Assembly: GCA_964291285.2 (NCBI GenBank)
Contig: OZ219787.1
Coordinates: forward strand, 608,001-672,000
DNA length: 64,000 nt
From: Alphaproteobacteria bacterium
GTDB taxonomy: Bacteria > Pseudomonadota > Alphaproteobacteria > Bin95
Reading direction: 5' to 3'
Shown: piece after piece, positions 52,002 to 60,540 of the stretch
How positions within the stretch are numbered: position 1 is the stretch's first letter
Layout of the letters: every line of letters starts with the position of its first letter
Notes under the pieces: generated by a model
What the model was told of the DNA's origin: nothing
Databases searched by the model: none
What the model saw: only the letters and a program-made list of their open reading frames with translations
Program-made: the position numbers and the translations under genes

Positions 52002-54305
52002 ATGGACCGGATGATGGCGCCCTCGGCCCTTGAGCGCTATATCGGCTTCGTTCTTCGACGCCGATGGACGGTCCTGCTGTTCGCCGGCCTGGTTATGCTG
52101 GCGGTGACGGCAGGCGCTCCCTTCATCGGCGTGACCAACGATTACCGCAGCCTTTTCGATGAGGACAATCCGCAGCTCGCCGCGCTGGACGCGCTGGAGG
52201 AGACCTACTCCGCATCCGACATTGCGCTCGTCGCCATTGCCCCGCGGCAGGGTTCGGTCTTCACCCGCGAGACCCTCGCCGCGGTTGAAGAGCTGACCGA
52301 AGCGGCCTGGCAGGCGCCGTTCTCAACCCGGGTCGATTCCCTGACCAACTATACCCACAGCGAGGCGTCCGAGGACGACCTGGTCGTCGGCCCGCTTGTC
52401 AGGAACGCGGGCGCGCTCGCCGACGAAGGGCTTGTACGGGTCGAAGAGATCGCGCTGAACGCAATCGACCTTGCCGGCCGACTGGTCTCCCATGACGGGC
52501 GCGTGGCGGGGCTGACGATAAACTTCTCCTTGTCCGACGACCGGGATGCTTCGGTCGCCGAGATCAACAATTTCCTCCGCGCCCTTCTGGAGCAGGCCCG
52601 CGCCGGCCATCCGGACCTCGACTACCACCTGACCGGCGACGTCGTCATGCACCAGGTCTTCGCCGACACGACCCAGGACGACGTGCGCACCCTCACGCCT
52701 CTGGTGTTCACGATAATTGCGGTTGCGATCGGGCTCCTGCTTCGTTCCTTGTCGGGCGCCCTCGCCCTCATCATCGCGCTGATATTCACCGTCAACACGA
52801 CGATGGGCTTCGCCGGCTGGGTCGGAACGGTACTCAACCCCGCCAACTCCGGCATCCCGATCATCGTGATGACCGTCGCCGTGGCGCATTCAATCCATAT
52901 CGTTGCAAGCGTTCTGGAGCGATTGGGACGTGGCCTCGGCAGGAGTGACGCCGTTGCCGAGGCGCTCCGCGACAATATCTGGCCCGTTTTCCTTACCACC
53001 GCGACCACTGCAATCGGATTCCTCAGCCTGAATGCGTCCGATTCGCCGCCCTTCCACGTGCTGGGCAACATGGTCGCTTTCGGAGTGCTGTGCGCCTTCC
53101 TCTACTCGGTTACCGTCCTGCCGGCCCTGCTTTCAATCCTGCCGCTGCGCGCGCCTCCCGCGCCGGGCGGGCAGCCCGGTTTTTTCGAACGGTTCGGCGA
53201 TTTCGTCGTGGAGCGCCGGAGGGCGCTGCTCATTTCCGTGCCCCTCCTCGCCGCGGTGCTGGTATCCGGCATCCCGCACATCGACCTGACGGACAACTGG
53301 CCGCGATATTTCGACGAGCGCTACGAGTTCCGGCGCGACACGGATTTCGTCATCGACAATCTGACGGGCATGGAAACGCTCGAATATTCGCTCGATTCGG
53401 GGCGCGACAACGGCATCACCGACCCCGGATATCTGCAGGCCGTGGATGCCTTTGCGGAGTGGGGCCGGGCGCAGCCGGAAGTGATCCATGTCCAGGCGTT
53501 CCCGGACATCATGAAGCGCCTCAACAGGAACATGCACGGCGACGACCCGGCCTACCACCGCCTGCCCGAGGACGGGGCCCTGGCGGCCCAGTACCTCCTG
53601 CTTTACGAGCTTTCGCTTCCCTTCGGCAGCGACCTCAACGACCGCATCGACGTCGCCAAGTCCGCAACCCGGCTGAGCGTCGTCACGCGAAGCCTGACCT
53701 CGCGGCAGCAGCGCGAACTCGATACGCGGGCCCAGCAATGGCTCCGGGCAAACGCGCCCGACCTGCTGACGGAAGCATCGGGGTTCACCATCGTTTCCGC
53801 GCATCTTTCGCAGCGGAACATCAGGAGCATGCTGACCGGGACAATCATCGCCATGGCGTTGATATCCCTCATACTGATCGGGATTTTCAGGAGTATCCGC
53901 CTGGGCCTCGTCAGCCTGGTGCCCAACTTCATCCCGGCCGCCATGACCATCGGCCTCTGGGGCTATCTTGTGGGGCGGGTCGGTCTCGCCGGGTCGGTGA
54001 TGACGGCGATCGCCTTCGGGATCGTCGTGGACGATACGATTCACTTCCTGACCGCCTATCTGAGGGCCCGCCGCGAGGGGCTCGATCCCGCCGGAGCCGT
54101 TCGCAGCGCGTTTCGTACAGTCGGCCGGGCGCTGTGGACCACCACGATAGTCCTGTCGCTCGGATTCCTGGTGTTTGCCTCATCCGGGTTCGAGGTAAGC
54201 TGGGCGCTCGGCCTGATGGTGGCGATCACACTCGTCTTCGCGCTGCTTGCCGACTTCCTGCTTCTCCCGGCCCTTCTGATGGCGATCGACCGCAGGAGCC
54301 CGTGA
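52002..54305 (+). CDS. MMPL/RND superfamily transporter
   Basis: Two repeats of one TM, a large loop and five TMs; LTTATTAIGFLSL, GIVVDDTIHF, LLPALL. Confidence 0.88.
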   Translation: MDRMMAPSALERYIGFVLRRRWTVLLFAGLVMLAVTAGAPFIGVTNDYRSLFDEDNPQLAALDALEETYSASDIALVAIAPRQGSVFTRETLAAVEELTEAAWQAPFSTRVDSLTNYTHSEASEDDLVVGPLVRNAGALADEGLVRVEEIALNAIDLAGRLVSHDGRVAGLTINFSLSDDRDASVAEINNFLRALLEQARAGHPDLDYHLTGDVVMHQVFADTTQDDVRTLTPLVFTIIAVAIGLLLRSLSGALALIIALIFTVNTTMGFAGWVGTVLNPANSGIPIIVMTVAVAHSIHIVASVLERLGRGLGRSDAVAEALRDNIWPVFLTTATTAIGFLSLNASDSPPFHVLGNMVAFGVLCAFLYSVTVLPALLSILPLRAPPAPGGQPGFFERFGDFVVERRRALLISVPLLAAVLVSGIPHIDLTDNWPRYFDERYEFRRDTDFVIDNLTGMETLEYSLDSGRDNGITDPGYLQAVDAFAEWGRAQPEVIHVQAFPDIMKRLNRNMHGDDPAYHRLPEDGALAAQYLLLYELSLPFGSDLNDRIDVAKSATRLSVVTRSLTSRQQRELDTRAQQWLRANAPDLLTEASGFTIVSAHLSQRNIRSMLTGTIIAMALISLILIGIFRSIRLGLVSLVPNFIPAAMTIGLWGYLVGRVGLAGSVMTAIAFGIVVDDTIHFLTAYLRARREGLDPAGAVRSAFRTVGRALWTTTIVLSLGFLVFASSGFEVSWALGLMVAITLVFALLADFLLLPALLMAIDRRSP

Positions 54306-54560
54306 ACCGCCGGTGTGTCACGGCATGTCCTGGCCGGGTTCTTCGACGAAGCACCTGTTCATATTTTTTGAATTATTTCTACTATAGAGCTTGATTTTTT
54401 AAAAGTTTATGGTAATTTGACCCTGAGGATGAGGGCGACGTTCGCGGGGCCGCCTCGTCTTCCGCGTCGGCGTCGGCGCGAAAAAAGCGGGGATTATCCG
54501 CTTGACTAAATGACGGCGAGTCCCCATATTCTGACTCAAGCAGTCGGAACGGAGGCCGTC

Positions 54561-55529
54561 ATGGCTGGCAAGCACTACCGCGAAGGCGTGACCATCATGG
54601 AGTTGGGAGAGATGTTCCCGACCGAGGAAAGCGCCCGCGAATGGTTTGAGGCGAAGGTCTGGCCGAACGGTCGCCATTGCCCGCGCTGCGGCCATACCGA
54701 GACGATTGAATGCACCGGCAACCCGCCGATGCCCTACTACTGCCCCGGCTGCAAGCGGCATTTCAGCGTCCGCATCGGCACCGTCATGGAGCGGTCCAAG
54801 CTCTCGTTCCGCAAGTGGGTTTGGGCGATCTACCTGCACCTGACTTCGCTCAAGGGCGTCTCCAGCGTGAAGCTGGGCCGGGACATAGGCGTCCGGCAGG
54901 CAACCGCATGGTTCATGCTCCAGCGCATCCGCGAAGCCTTCAAGCGCGACGACGAGCCGCCCATGGACGGGCCGGTAGAGGTGGACGAGGTCTATCTGGG
55001 CGGGCTGCGCAAGAACATGCACAAGGCGAAGCGGGAGAGCCTTGAGGGTCGCGGCGCTGTCGGCAAGGACATTGTCGTTGGCGTGAAGGACCGGGGCACG
55101 AAGCAGGTTCGCGCCCGCCATGTCCAGCACGCGGACGCGCCGTCGCTGGCAGGCTTCGCCGCTCACAACGCCCGCATCGGCACGACGGTCTATTCGGACG
55201 AGGCGACGGTCTATCGGGCGCTGCAAGTGTGGTTTCAGCATGAAGCGGTCAATCACTCCGCTGGCGAGTATGTCCGCCAGCAGGCGCATACCAACGGGAT
55301 CGAGAGCTTCTGGGCCATGTTGAAGCGGGCGCACAAGGGCGTCTATCACAAGTTCTCGCCGAAGCACCTTCACCGCTACATCGCGGAGTTCGCCGGGCGG
55401 CACAACATCCGCGAAGCCGGGACGCTGGCACAAATGGCGGGACTGGCGGCCGGCATGGTCGGGAAGCGCCTGACCTACGCCCGGCTGATTGCCGAGAACG
55501 GGCTGGCGAGCGGGGCGCGGCCATACTAG
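54561..55529 (+). CDS. IS1595 family transposase
   Basis: GGAGG RBS, ATG 54561; Zn ribbon CPRC...CPGC, KGVSS..L, VEVDEVYLGG, VYSDE, VNHSAGEYV, HTNGIESFW, YIAEF..RHN. Confidence 0.95.
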   Translation: MAGKHYREGVTIMELGEMFPTEESAREWFEAKVWPNGRHCPRCGHTETIECTGNPPMPYYCPGCKRHFSVRIGTVMERSKLSFRKWVWAIYLHLTSLKGVSSVKLGRDIGVRQATAWFMLQRIREAFKRDDEPPMDGPVEVDEVYLGGLRKNMHKAKRESLEGRGAVGKDIVVGVKDRGTKQVRARHVQHADAPSLAGFAAHNARIGTTVYSDEATVYRALQVWFQHEAVNHSAGEYVRQQAHTNGIESFWAMLKRAHKGVYHKFSPKHLHRYIAEFAGRHNIREAGTLAQMAGLAAGMVGKRLTYARLIAENGLASGARPY

Positions 55530-56732
55530 TCACGCCTCTATCAGCCACGGGAACAGGGCGGCGCGCTTCTGCATACGCTCTTTCAGGAATTGCTCTTGCG
55601 AGCGCGTTCCCTTCGACGAATTGCAGGCGCCGCACAGCAGCCAAAGGTTCTCAAGGTGGTCGGTCCCGCCATGCGCTTGCGGGACGATATGGTCCACCGT
55701 CAGATTGCGCTTGCGGAAATGCTCCCCGCAACCGCCGCAAAAGCCTTCCTGCTGGCCGTAGAGCAAGTCCAGGTGCGTCCGGTAGTGGGGAAGGTCTCCC
55801 AGGTCCGTGCGGCCCGGCTGGTCCGTCCTGTGGACAACATCGCCGGTCTTGTAGAGCGGGATTTCGTCGAGGATGCCTTGCAGGCGCGTCGTGACGAGCT
55901 CGGCCGCCTTCGCGGAAATGTCGATGCCGATCCACTGGCGCTGTAGCCGCTCCGCCGCCACGGCGGCCGTCGCGCAACCGCAAAATGGGTCCAGCACGAC
56001 ATCGCCCTCGTTACTCGACGCCTTGATGATGCGGTCCAGAAGGGCAAGCGGCTTCTGCGTCGGATAGCCGACATATTGCGCCTTTTGGCGGGGCGCTATG
56101 GCGAGTCCATTTCCTTTCTCTTGCGGCCACCATGTTTCAGGGACTTTGCCGTCCGTCAGCCCATATTCGCCCTCGATAAATCCAGAACCGCGCAAACCGT
56201 CTTTGAAATTCGCCTTGGTCTTGCCATGGTGCTGAATACGCACGGCGTCGGCATTGAAGGTCCATGTCTCGCCGACTGAATACCAGTGGATTGTATCGTG
56301 CTTTCGGTTGAACTGGCGCATATGCGGTGAGCCGGGGCCAGTATAGCACCAGATAATCTCGTTCCGGTGATTAAGGCGTCCGAAAATCGCGTCCATGAGC
56401 ATCTTGAGATAATGCGACGCGAACGGGTCACAATGCAGATAGATGCTGCCGGTCGGCTTCAGGACACGCCGCATTTCGACGAGGCGTTGCGCCATCATGC
56501 CGAGATAGGCCGCCATGCCGCGCCCGTGCGCCAGCCGGGCCGCGTCGATTATGGCGAAAGTCGTCGGGTCACGCTCTTGCAGCAGTGCCAGATAGACGCG
56601 GTCCGCGTCGTCGAAGGTCCATGAGTCCTTGAAGGCAGCCCCGGCCGCCTCCGAGCCTATGGGTGCGCTATAGGTGCGGTTGGAGTTGAAGGGCGGGTCG
56701 AGATAGATGAGATCGACCGTGGCGCTGTTCAT
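55530..56732 (-). CDS. Beta-class N6A/N4C DNA methyltransferase fused to a C-terminal HNH endonuclease (frame open to 56819; true start uncertain)
   Basis: VDLIYLDPPF (motif IV) precedes YPTQKP and VLDPFCGCAT (motif I); C-terminal CGGC...VDHIVP..HGG...N...LCGACNSSKG Zn-HNH. Confidence 0.9.
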   Translation of the reverse strand: MNSATVDLIYLDPPFNSNRTYSAPIGSEAAGAAFKDSWTFDDADRVYLALLQERDPTTFAIIDAARLAHGRGMAAYLGMMAQRLVEMRRVLKPTGSIYLHCDPFASHYLKMLMDAIFGRLNHRNEIIWCYTGPGSPHMRQFNRKHDTIHWYSVGETWTFNADAVRIQHHGKTKANFKDGLRGSGFIEGEYGLTDGKVPETWWPQEKGNGLAIAPRQKAQYVGYPTQKPLALLDRIIKASSNEGDVVLDPFCGCATAAVAAERLQRQWIGIDISAKAAELVTTRLQGILDEIPLYKTGDVVHRTDQPGRTDLGDLPHYRTHLDLLYGQQEGFCGGCGEHFRKRNLTVDHIVPQAHGGTDHLENLWLLCGACNSSKGTRSQEQFLKERMQKRAALFPWLIEA

Positions 56733-57167
56733 GCCTCTCAGGACATGGAGATTGTCGCGCGTCCAGATGGTGCGGTTGCGCCAGTTGGCTTCCTGCGTCG
56801 CCGCTGCGTCGCCTGCCTTCTACCCTATCAGATTTCCTCGCCATGCTTGATCTCCCGCTGTGAAGAGCACAGGCTAGGAGACGGGCTGATATTTAGTCAA
56901 ACGGATAATCCCCAAAAAAGCCGTTGAGAAACGGACGGGATAAGTGCGTCCCGTGCCACGCCCGCGGGCAGGTACAGGCGCAATCAGGCGCACGATACGC
57001 GCGGATAAGGGTCCCGCCGCCCGGATGAGCCGGCGGCGGAGAGGACGGAACGAAACCGGAGCGACAGGAAGAACCCATGCCGAAGACAGAGGGCCACCGA
57101 AACCGGATGGAATACCCGTACCCCATGCCCGAACGGACGACAGGGTATGCGTCGCGTGCATGCAAAC

Positions 57168-57237
57168 CATGACATCTCATGACACATCGCAGGAGAGGCT
57201 CGGGACGCCTCATGACAAAACATGACATCTCATGACA
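57168..57237. repeat. Five CATGACA heptamers with 10-bp phasing
   Basis: Copies start at 57168, 57178, 57211, 57221, 57231; the 17-mer CATGACATCTCATGACA occurs twice. Confidence 0.85.
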
Positions 57238-57335
57238 TTCCCGTGGAGTGGGCCCCTGGGTCGCTGCAGCCCTGCCGCACTGCCTCTGCCCGACTCCGGC
57301 CATGGTTTGCCGGCTCCGGGACCCGGCCCGTCGCG

Positions 57336-58136
57336 TCAGACCGCCTCCAGCGGCGGCGGAGGCGGCGGGTCGGCAAAGAGAGCCTGCGCCCCCACGATAT
57401 CGAGGTCATGCCCCGGCGAGCGGGCTATGGTGGCATGCACCGTGCCGGCGGCGAGTGCCATGGCCTCCGCCCAGCCGTCCCGCCACCGGGCCGCAAGCAG
57501 AGCGGCGAACAGGTCGCCCGCCCCGTAACCCGGATGCGCGACCTGCGGCACCACAGCCTGCCTGGCCTCGCCTTCCGATATGCCGACACAGGCGATGCGC
57601 CCCTCCCCCGCCGGGACGCTTGTCGCCACGACGAGGGAGGGCCCGAGCCCGGCGGCAACCTCGGCGGCTCGCGCCGGCCCGTCCACCTCCCGGGCCCCGA
57701 GCAGGGAAAGCTCGAACCGGTTGGGCGTTGCCGCCGCGGCCCGCGGCAGGAGTTCCCGCCGGATGGCTTCGGGCAGGTCCGGGGCCACGAACAGCCCCTT
57801 CGGATCGTCGCCCATGACCGGGTCGAGCAGGTAGGGCGCGCCCACACGGTCAACCGCGCGCGCCACCGCTTCCGCATTGGCGGCCGAGCCCAGATAGCCG
57901 GAAAGGACGAGATCGATGTCCTCCAGGAAACCGCGTTCCTCCAGCCCGCTCACAATGCGGTCGATGCTCTCGGCCGGATGCACCTCCCCCCGGAACCCGC
58001 CATGGGCGGGATGGTTGGAATAGGCGACCGTGTCGATGCAGGTGACCTGATGACCTAAGCGCTGGAGCACGAACACCGCCGTGCGATTGCCGACGAAACC
58101 GCGCGCCACCGAGGACTGGATCGATAGAATGTGCAT
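57336..58136 (-). CDS. pdxY: Pyridoxal kinase
   Basis: ILSIQSSVARGFVGN, SNHPAH, VLSGYLG, DPVMGD, TPNRFEL, GAGDLF. Confidence 0.88.
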   Translation of the reverse strand: MHILSIQSSVARGFVGNRTAVFVLQRLGHQVTCIDTVAYSNHPAHGGFRGEVHPAESIDRIVSGLEERGFLEDIDLVLSGYLGSAANAEAVARAVDRVGAPYLLDPVMGDDPKGLFVAPDLPEAIRRELLPRAAAATPNRFELSLLGAREVDGPARAAEVAAGLGPSLVVATSVPAGEGRIACVGISEGEARQAVVPQVAHPGYGAGDLFAALLAARWRDGWAEAMALAAGTVHATIARSPGHDLDIVGAQALFADPPPPPPLEAV

Positions 58137-58185
58137 GATGTCCGCCCCGTCGCCGACGACTCGCCCGCACAAGGAATCCGCCTTC

Positions 58186-59061
58186 ATGCCCCAAGCCGTC
58201 AAGCCGCGCCGCAGCGCCCTCTACATGCCGGCCTCCCGCGCCGGCGCGCTGGAGAAGGCGAAGACGCTGCCTGCCGACGTGTTGATCTTCGACCTCGAAG
58301 ACGCCGTCAGCCCCGACGCAAAGGAAACGGCCCGCGCGCAGGCGGTGGCGGCGGCGCGTTCGGGAGCCTACGGGCCGCGCGAGATCGTCATTCGCGCCAA
58401 CGGCCTCGACACGCCCTGGGGGCACGACGACCTCGCGGCCATCGCCGGATCGGGCGCGGATGCGGCGCTGCTGGCGAAGGTCGAGAGCGAGGCGACGGTC
58501 CGCCAGGCCGCCGCCCTGCTCGAACGGCACGGCGCTCCTGCCGGAATGGCCGTCTGGGCGATGATGGAAACGCCGCTGGCCATGCTGCGCGCGGACGCTA
58601 TTGCAGGGGCCGGGCATCGCCTGTCCGCCCTCGTCATGGGCACGTCCGACCTGGCCAAGGAGCTGGGCGCGGCGCATACGCCGGACCGGCTGCCCTTCAT
58701 CACCGGGCTCGGCCTCTGCCTGCTGGCGGCGCGCGCCCACGGTCTCGCCGTCCTGGACGGGGTCCATCTGGACCTCGCCGACGACGAGGGATTCGCCGCC
58801 GCCTGCCGGCAGGGGGTCGAATTCGGCTTCGACGGCAAGACACTGATCCACCCGAAACAGGTCAGCCCCTGCAATGCCGCCTTCTCGCCGGGCCCCGGCG
58901 CCCTTGCCGAGGCGGAGCGGATCATCGCCGCCCATGCCGAAGCGGAGGCGGCGGGCCGGGGCGTCACCGTGGTGGACGGACGGCTGATCGAAAACCTGCA
59001 TGTCGAAATGGCGAGACGGACGGTCGCGCTCGCCGAAGCCGTCGCCGCGCGCCGGGGCTGA
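58186..59061 (+). CDS. CitE/HpcH family CoA ester lyase (malyl-CoA lyase/thioesterase-like)
   Basis: PRRSALYMP, FDLEDAV, MMETP, MGTSDL, GFDGKTLIHPKQ, DGRLIENLH; AAGGA RBS before ATG 58186. Confidence 0.88.
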   Translation: MPQAVKPRRSALYMPASRAGALEKAKTLPADVLIFDLEDAVSPDAKETARAQAVAAARSGAYGPREIVIRANGLDTPWGHDDLAAIAGSGADAALLAKVESEATVRQAAALLERHGAPAGMAVWAMMETPLAMLRADAIAGAGHRLSALVMGTSDLAKELGAAHTPDRLPFITGLGLCLLAARAHGLAVLDGVHLDLADDEGFAAACRQGVEFGFDGKTLIHPKQVSPCNAAFSPGPGALAEAERIIAAHAEAEAAGRGVTVVDGRLIENLHVEMARRTVALAEAVAARRG

Positions 59062-59129
59062 CACCGTGTGAGCGCAATGACACGGTTGTCGGCTAACATG
59101 CGCAATCCGGCTGGGGGACGCCCTTTCGC

Positions 59130-60503
59130 ATGACCTACCGCACCCTCCGTTCCTGGCTCGACCGGTTGCAGGCCACCGACCGGCTTGCTGTCGCCCGGCC
59201 GGGCGTTTCGCTGGATTTCACCCTCGCCGCGCTCGCCAAGCGGTGGGATGCGCAGAAGGCGGTGCTCTTCCCCGAGCCGCTCGGCCTCGACGGCCGCCGC
59301 CACGAGATACCGGTCGTCTCCGGCCTCGTCTCGGACCGGGGCTGGATTGCCGAGGCGATGGGCGTCGAGCCCGGCGCGGTGCTCGACCGTTTCCGCGCCG
59401 CAGCCGAGCAGCCGCTTCCCTGGCGGGAGGTGGCCGACGGCGCGTGCCAGGAACGCATCGACCGCAGCCCCGACCTCACGACCGCCCTTCCGATCCCGAA
59501 GCACAATGCGCTCGACGCCGGGGCCTATATCTCCGCGGGCCTCGTCATCGCGCGCAACCCGGGGACCGGCATCCAGAACGTCTCGATCAACCGCCTCCAG
59601 ATCACCGGGCCGAGGCGGATGGGCATCCTGATCCTGCCCCGCGACCTGCATCATTTCTTCGCGGCCGCCGAAGCAGCCGGGGAACCGCTCGACGTGGCCG
59701 TCGCGGTCGGCGTCGATCCGCTGACCCTGCTCGCCAGCCAGGCCATCCTGCCCATCGACCATGACGAGCTGGAGGTGGCGGGCGCGCTGCATGGCGCACC
59801 GCTGGAAGTGGTGAAATGCGCGACGAATGAAGTCCGCGTGCCCGCCGGTGCCGAGATCGTCGTCGAAGGGCGCCTGCTGCCAGGCGTGCGCGAGACCGAG
59901 GGGCCGTTCGGCGAGTTCCCGCAATATTACGGGCCTGCCGGCGAGCATCCGGCCATCGAGGTGCAGGCCGTGACGACACGCGAGAGGCCCGTCTTCCACA
60001 CCATCGTGCCGGCGGCGATGGAGCACCTGCTGCTTGGCGCCATCCCGCGCGAGGCCACCATCGCCGCGCATCTGCAGCGCACCTGCCCGACCGTGCTCGA
60101 CGTGCACCTCTCGCGCGGCGGCGTCTGCCGCTACCACCTCCACGTGAAACTGCGGAAGACACAGGAGGGCCAGGGGCGCAATGTCATCATGGCCGCCTTC
60201 GCCGCCCATGCCGATGTGAAGCAGGTGACGGTGGTGGACGAGGATGTCGACGTCCACGACCCGACGGCGGTGGAATGGGCGGTGGCGACCCGCTTCCAGG
60301 CCGGGCGCGACCTGTTCGTCGTCCCGCGCGCCCAAGGCTCGAAACTCGACCCCTCCGCGGACAACGGCGTCTCGGACAAGCTCGGTCTCGACGCCACCAT
60401 GCCGCTCGACCGCGACGGTTTCACCTACACCGTCGTCCATGTCCCCGGAGAAGACGACCCCGGCCTCGACACATTGCTCACCGACGAGCACTACGAGTTC
60501 TGA
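59130..60503 (+). CDS. UbiD family prFMN-dependent decarboxylase
   Basis: DAGAYIS, NVSINR, EIVVEG, EGPFGEF, VVDEDVDV...VEWAVATR, LDPS. Confidence 0.9.
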   Translation: MTYRTLRSWLDRLQATDRLAVARPGVSLDFTLAALAKRWDAQKAVLFPEPLGLDGRRHEIPVVSGLVSDRGWIAEAMGVEPGAVLDRFRAAAEQPLPWREVADGACQERIDRSPDLTTALPIPKHNALDAGAYISAGLVIARNPGTGIQNVSINRLQITGPRRMGILILPRDLHHFFAAAEAAGEPLDVAVAVGVDPLTLLASQAILPIDHDELEVAGALHGAPLEVVKCATNEVRVPAGAEIVVEGRLLPGVRETEGPFGEFPQYYGPAGEHPAIEVQAVTTRERPVFHTIVPAAMEHLLLGAIPREATIAAHLQRTCPTVLDVHLSRGGVCRYHLHVKLRKTQEGQGRNVIMAAFAAHADVKQVTVVDEDVDVHDPTAVEWAVATRFQAGRDLFVVPRAQGSKLDPSADNGVSDKLGLDATMPLDRDGFTYTVVHVPGEDDPGLDTLLTDEHYEF

Positions 60504-60540
60504 ACCGGCGGCGCGACTGCCCACAGGAGACCTCCGACCC

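Larger units (their letters stand above)
54489..56913 (+). mobile_element. Complete IS1595-family transporter IS (2,425 bp) with MTase-HNH passenger
   Basis: IRL GGGGATTATCCGCTTGACTAAAT (54489-54511), IRR ATTTAGTCAAACGGATAATCCCC (56891-56913), 22/23 match; 8-bp TSD AAAAAAGC at 54481-54488 and 56914-56921. Confidence 0.95.

Noticed and set aside
49429-56913. Composite transposon formed by ISAs1 and IS1595 around the oxygenase-MMPL genes
   Set aside because: Different IS families, each with its own intact TSD, so they are independent insertions
56874-57303. Cys/Met-rich ORFs over the CATGACA repeats (56893..57303, 56984..57223, 56874..57170)
   Set aside because: Composition is explained by the DNA repeat; no RBS or family motif; two of them run into the IS end
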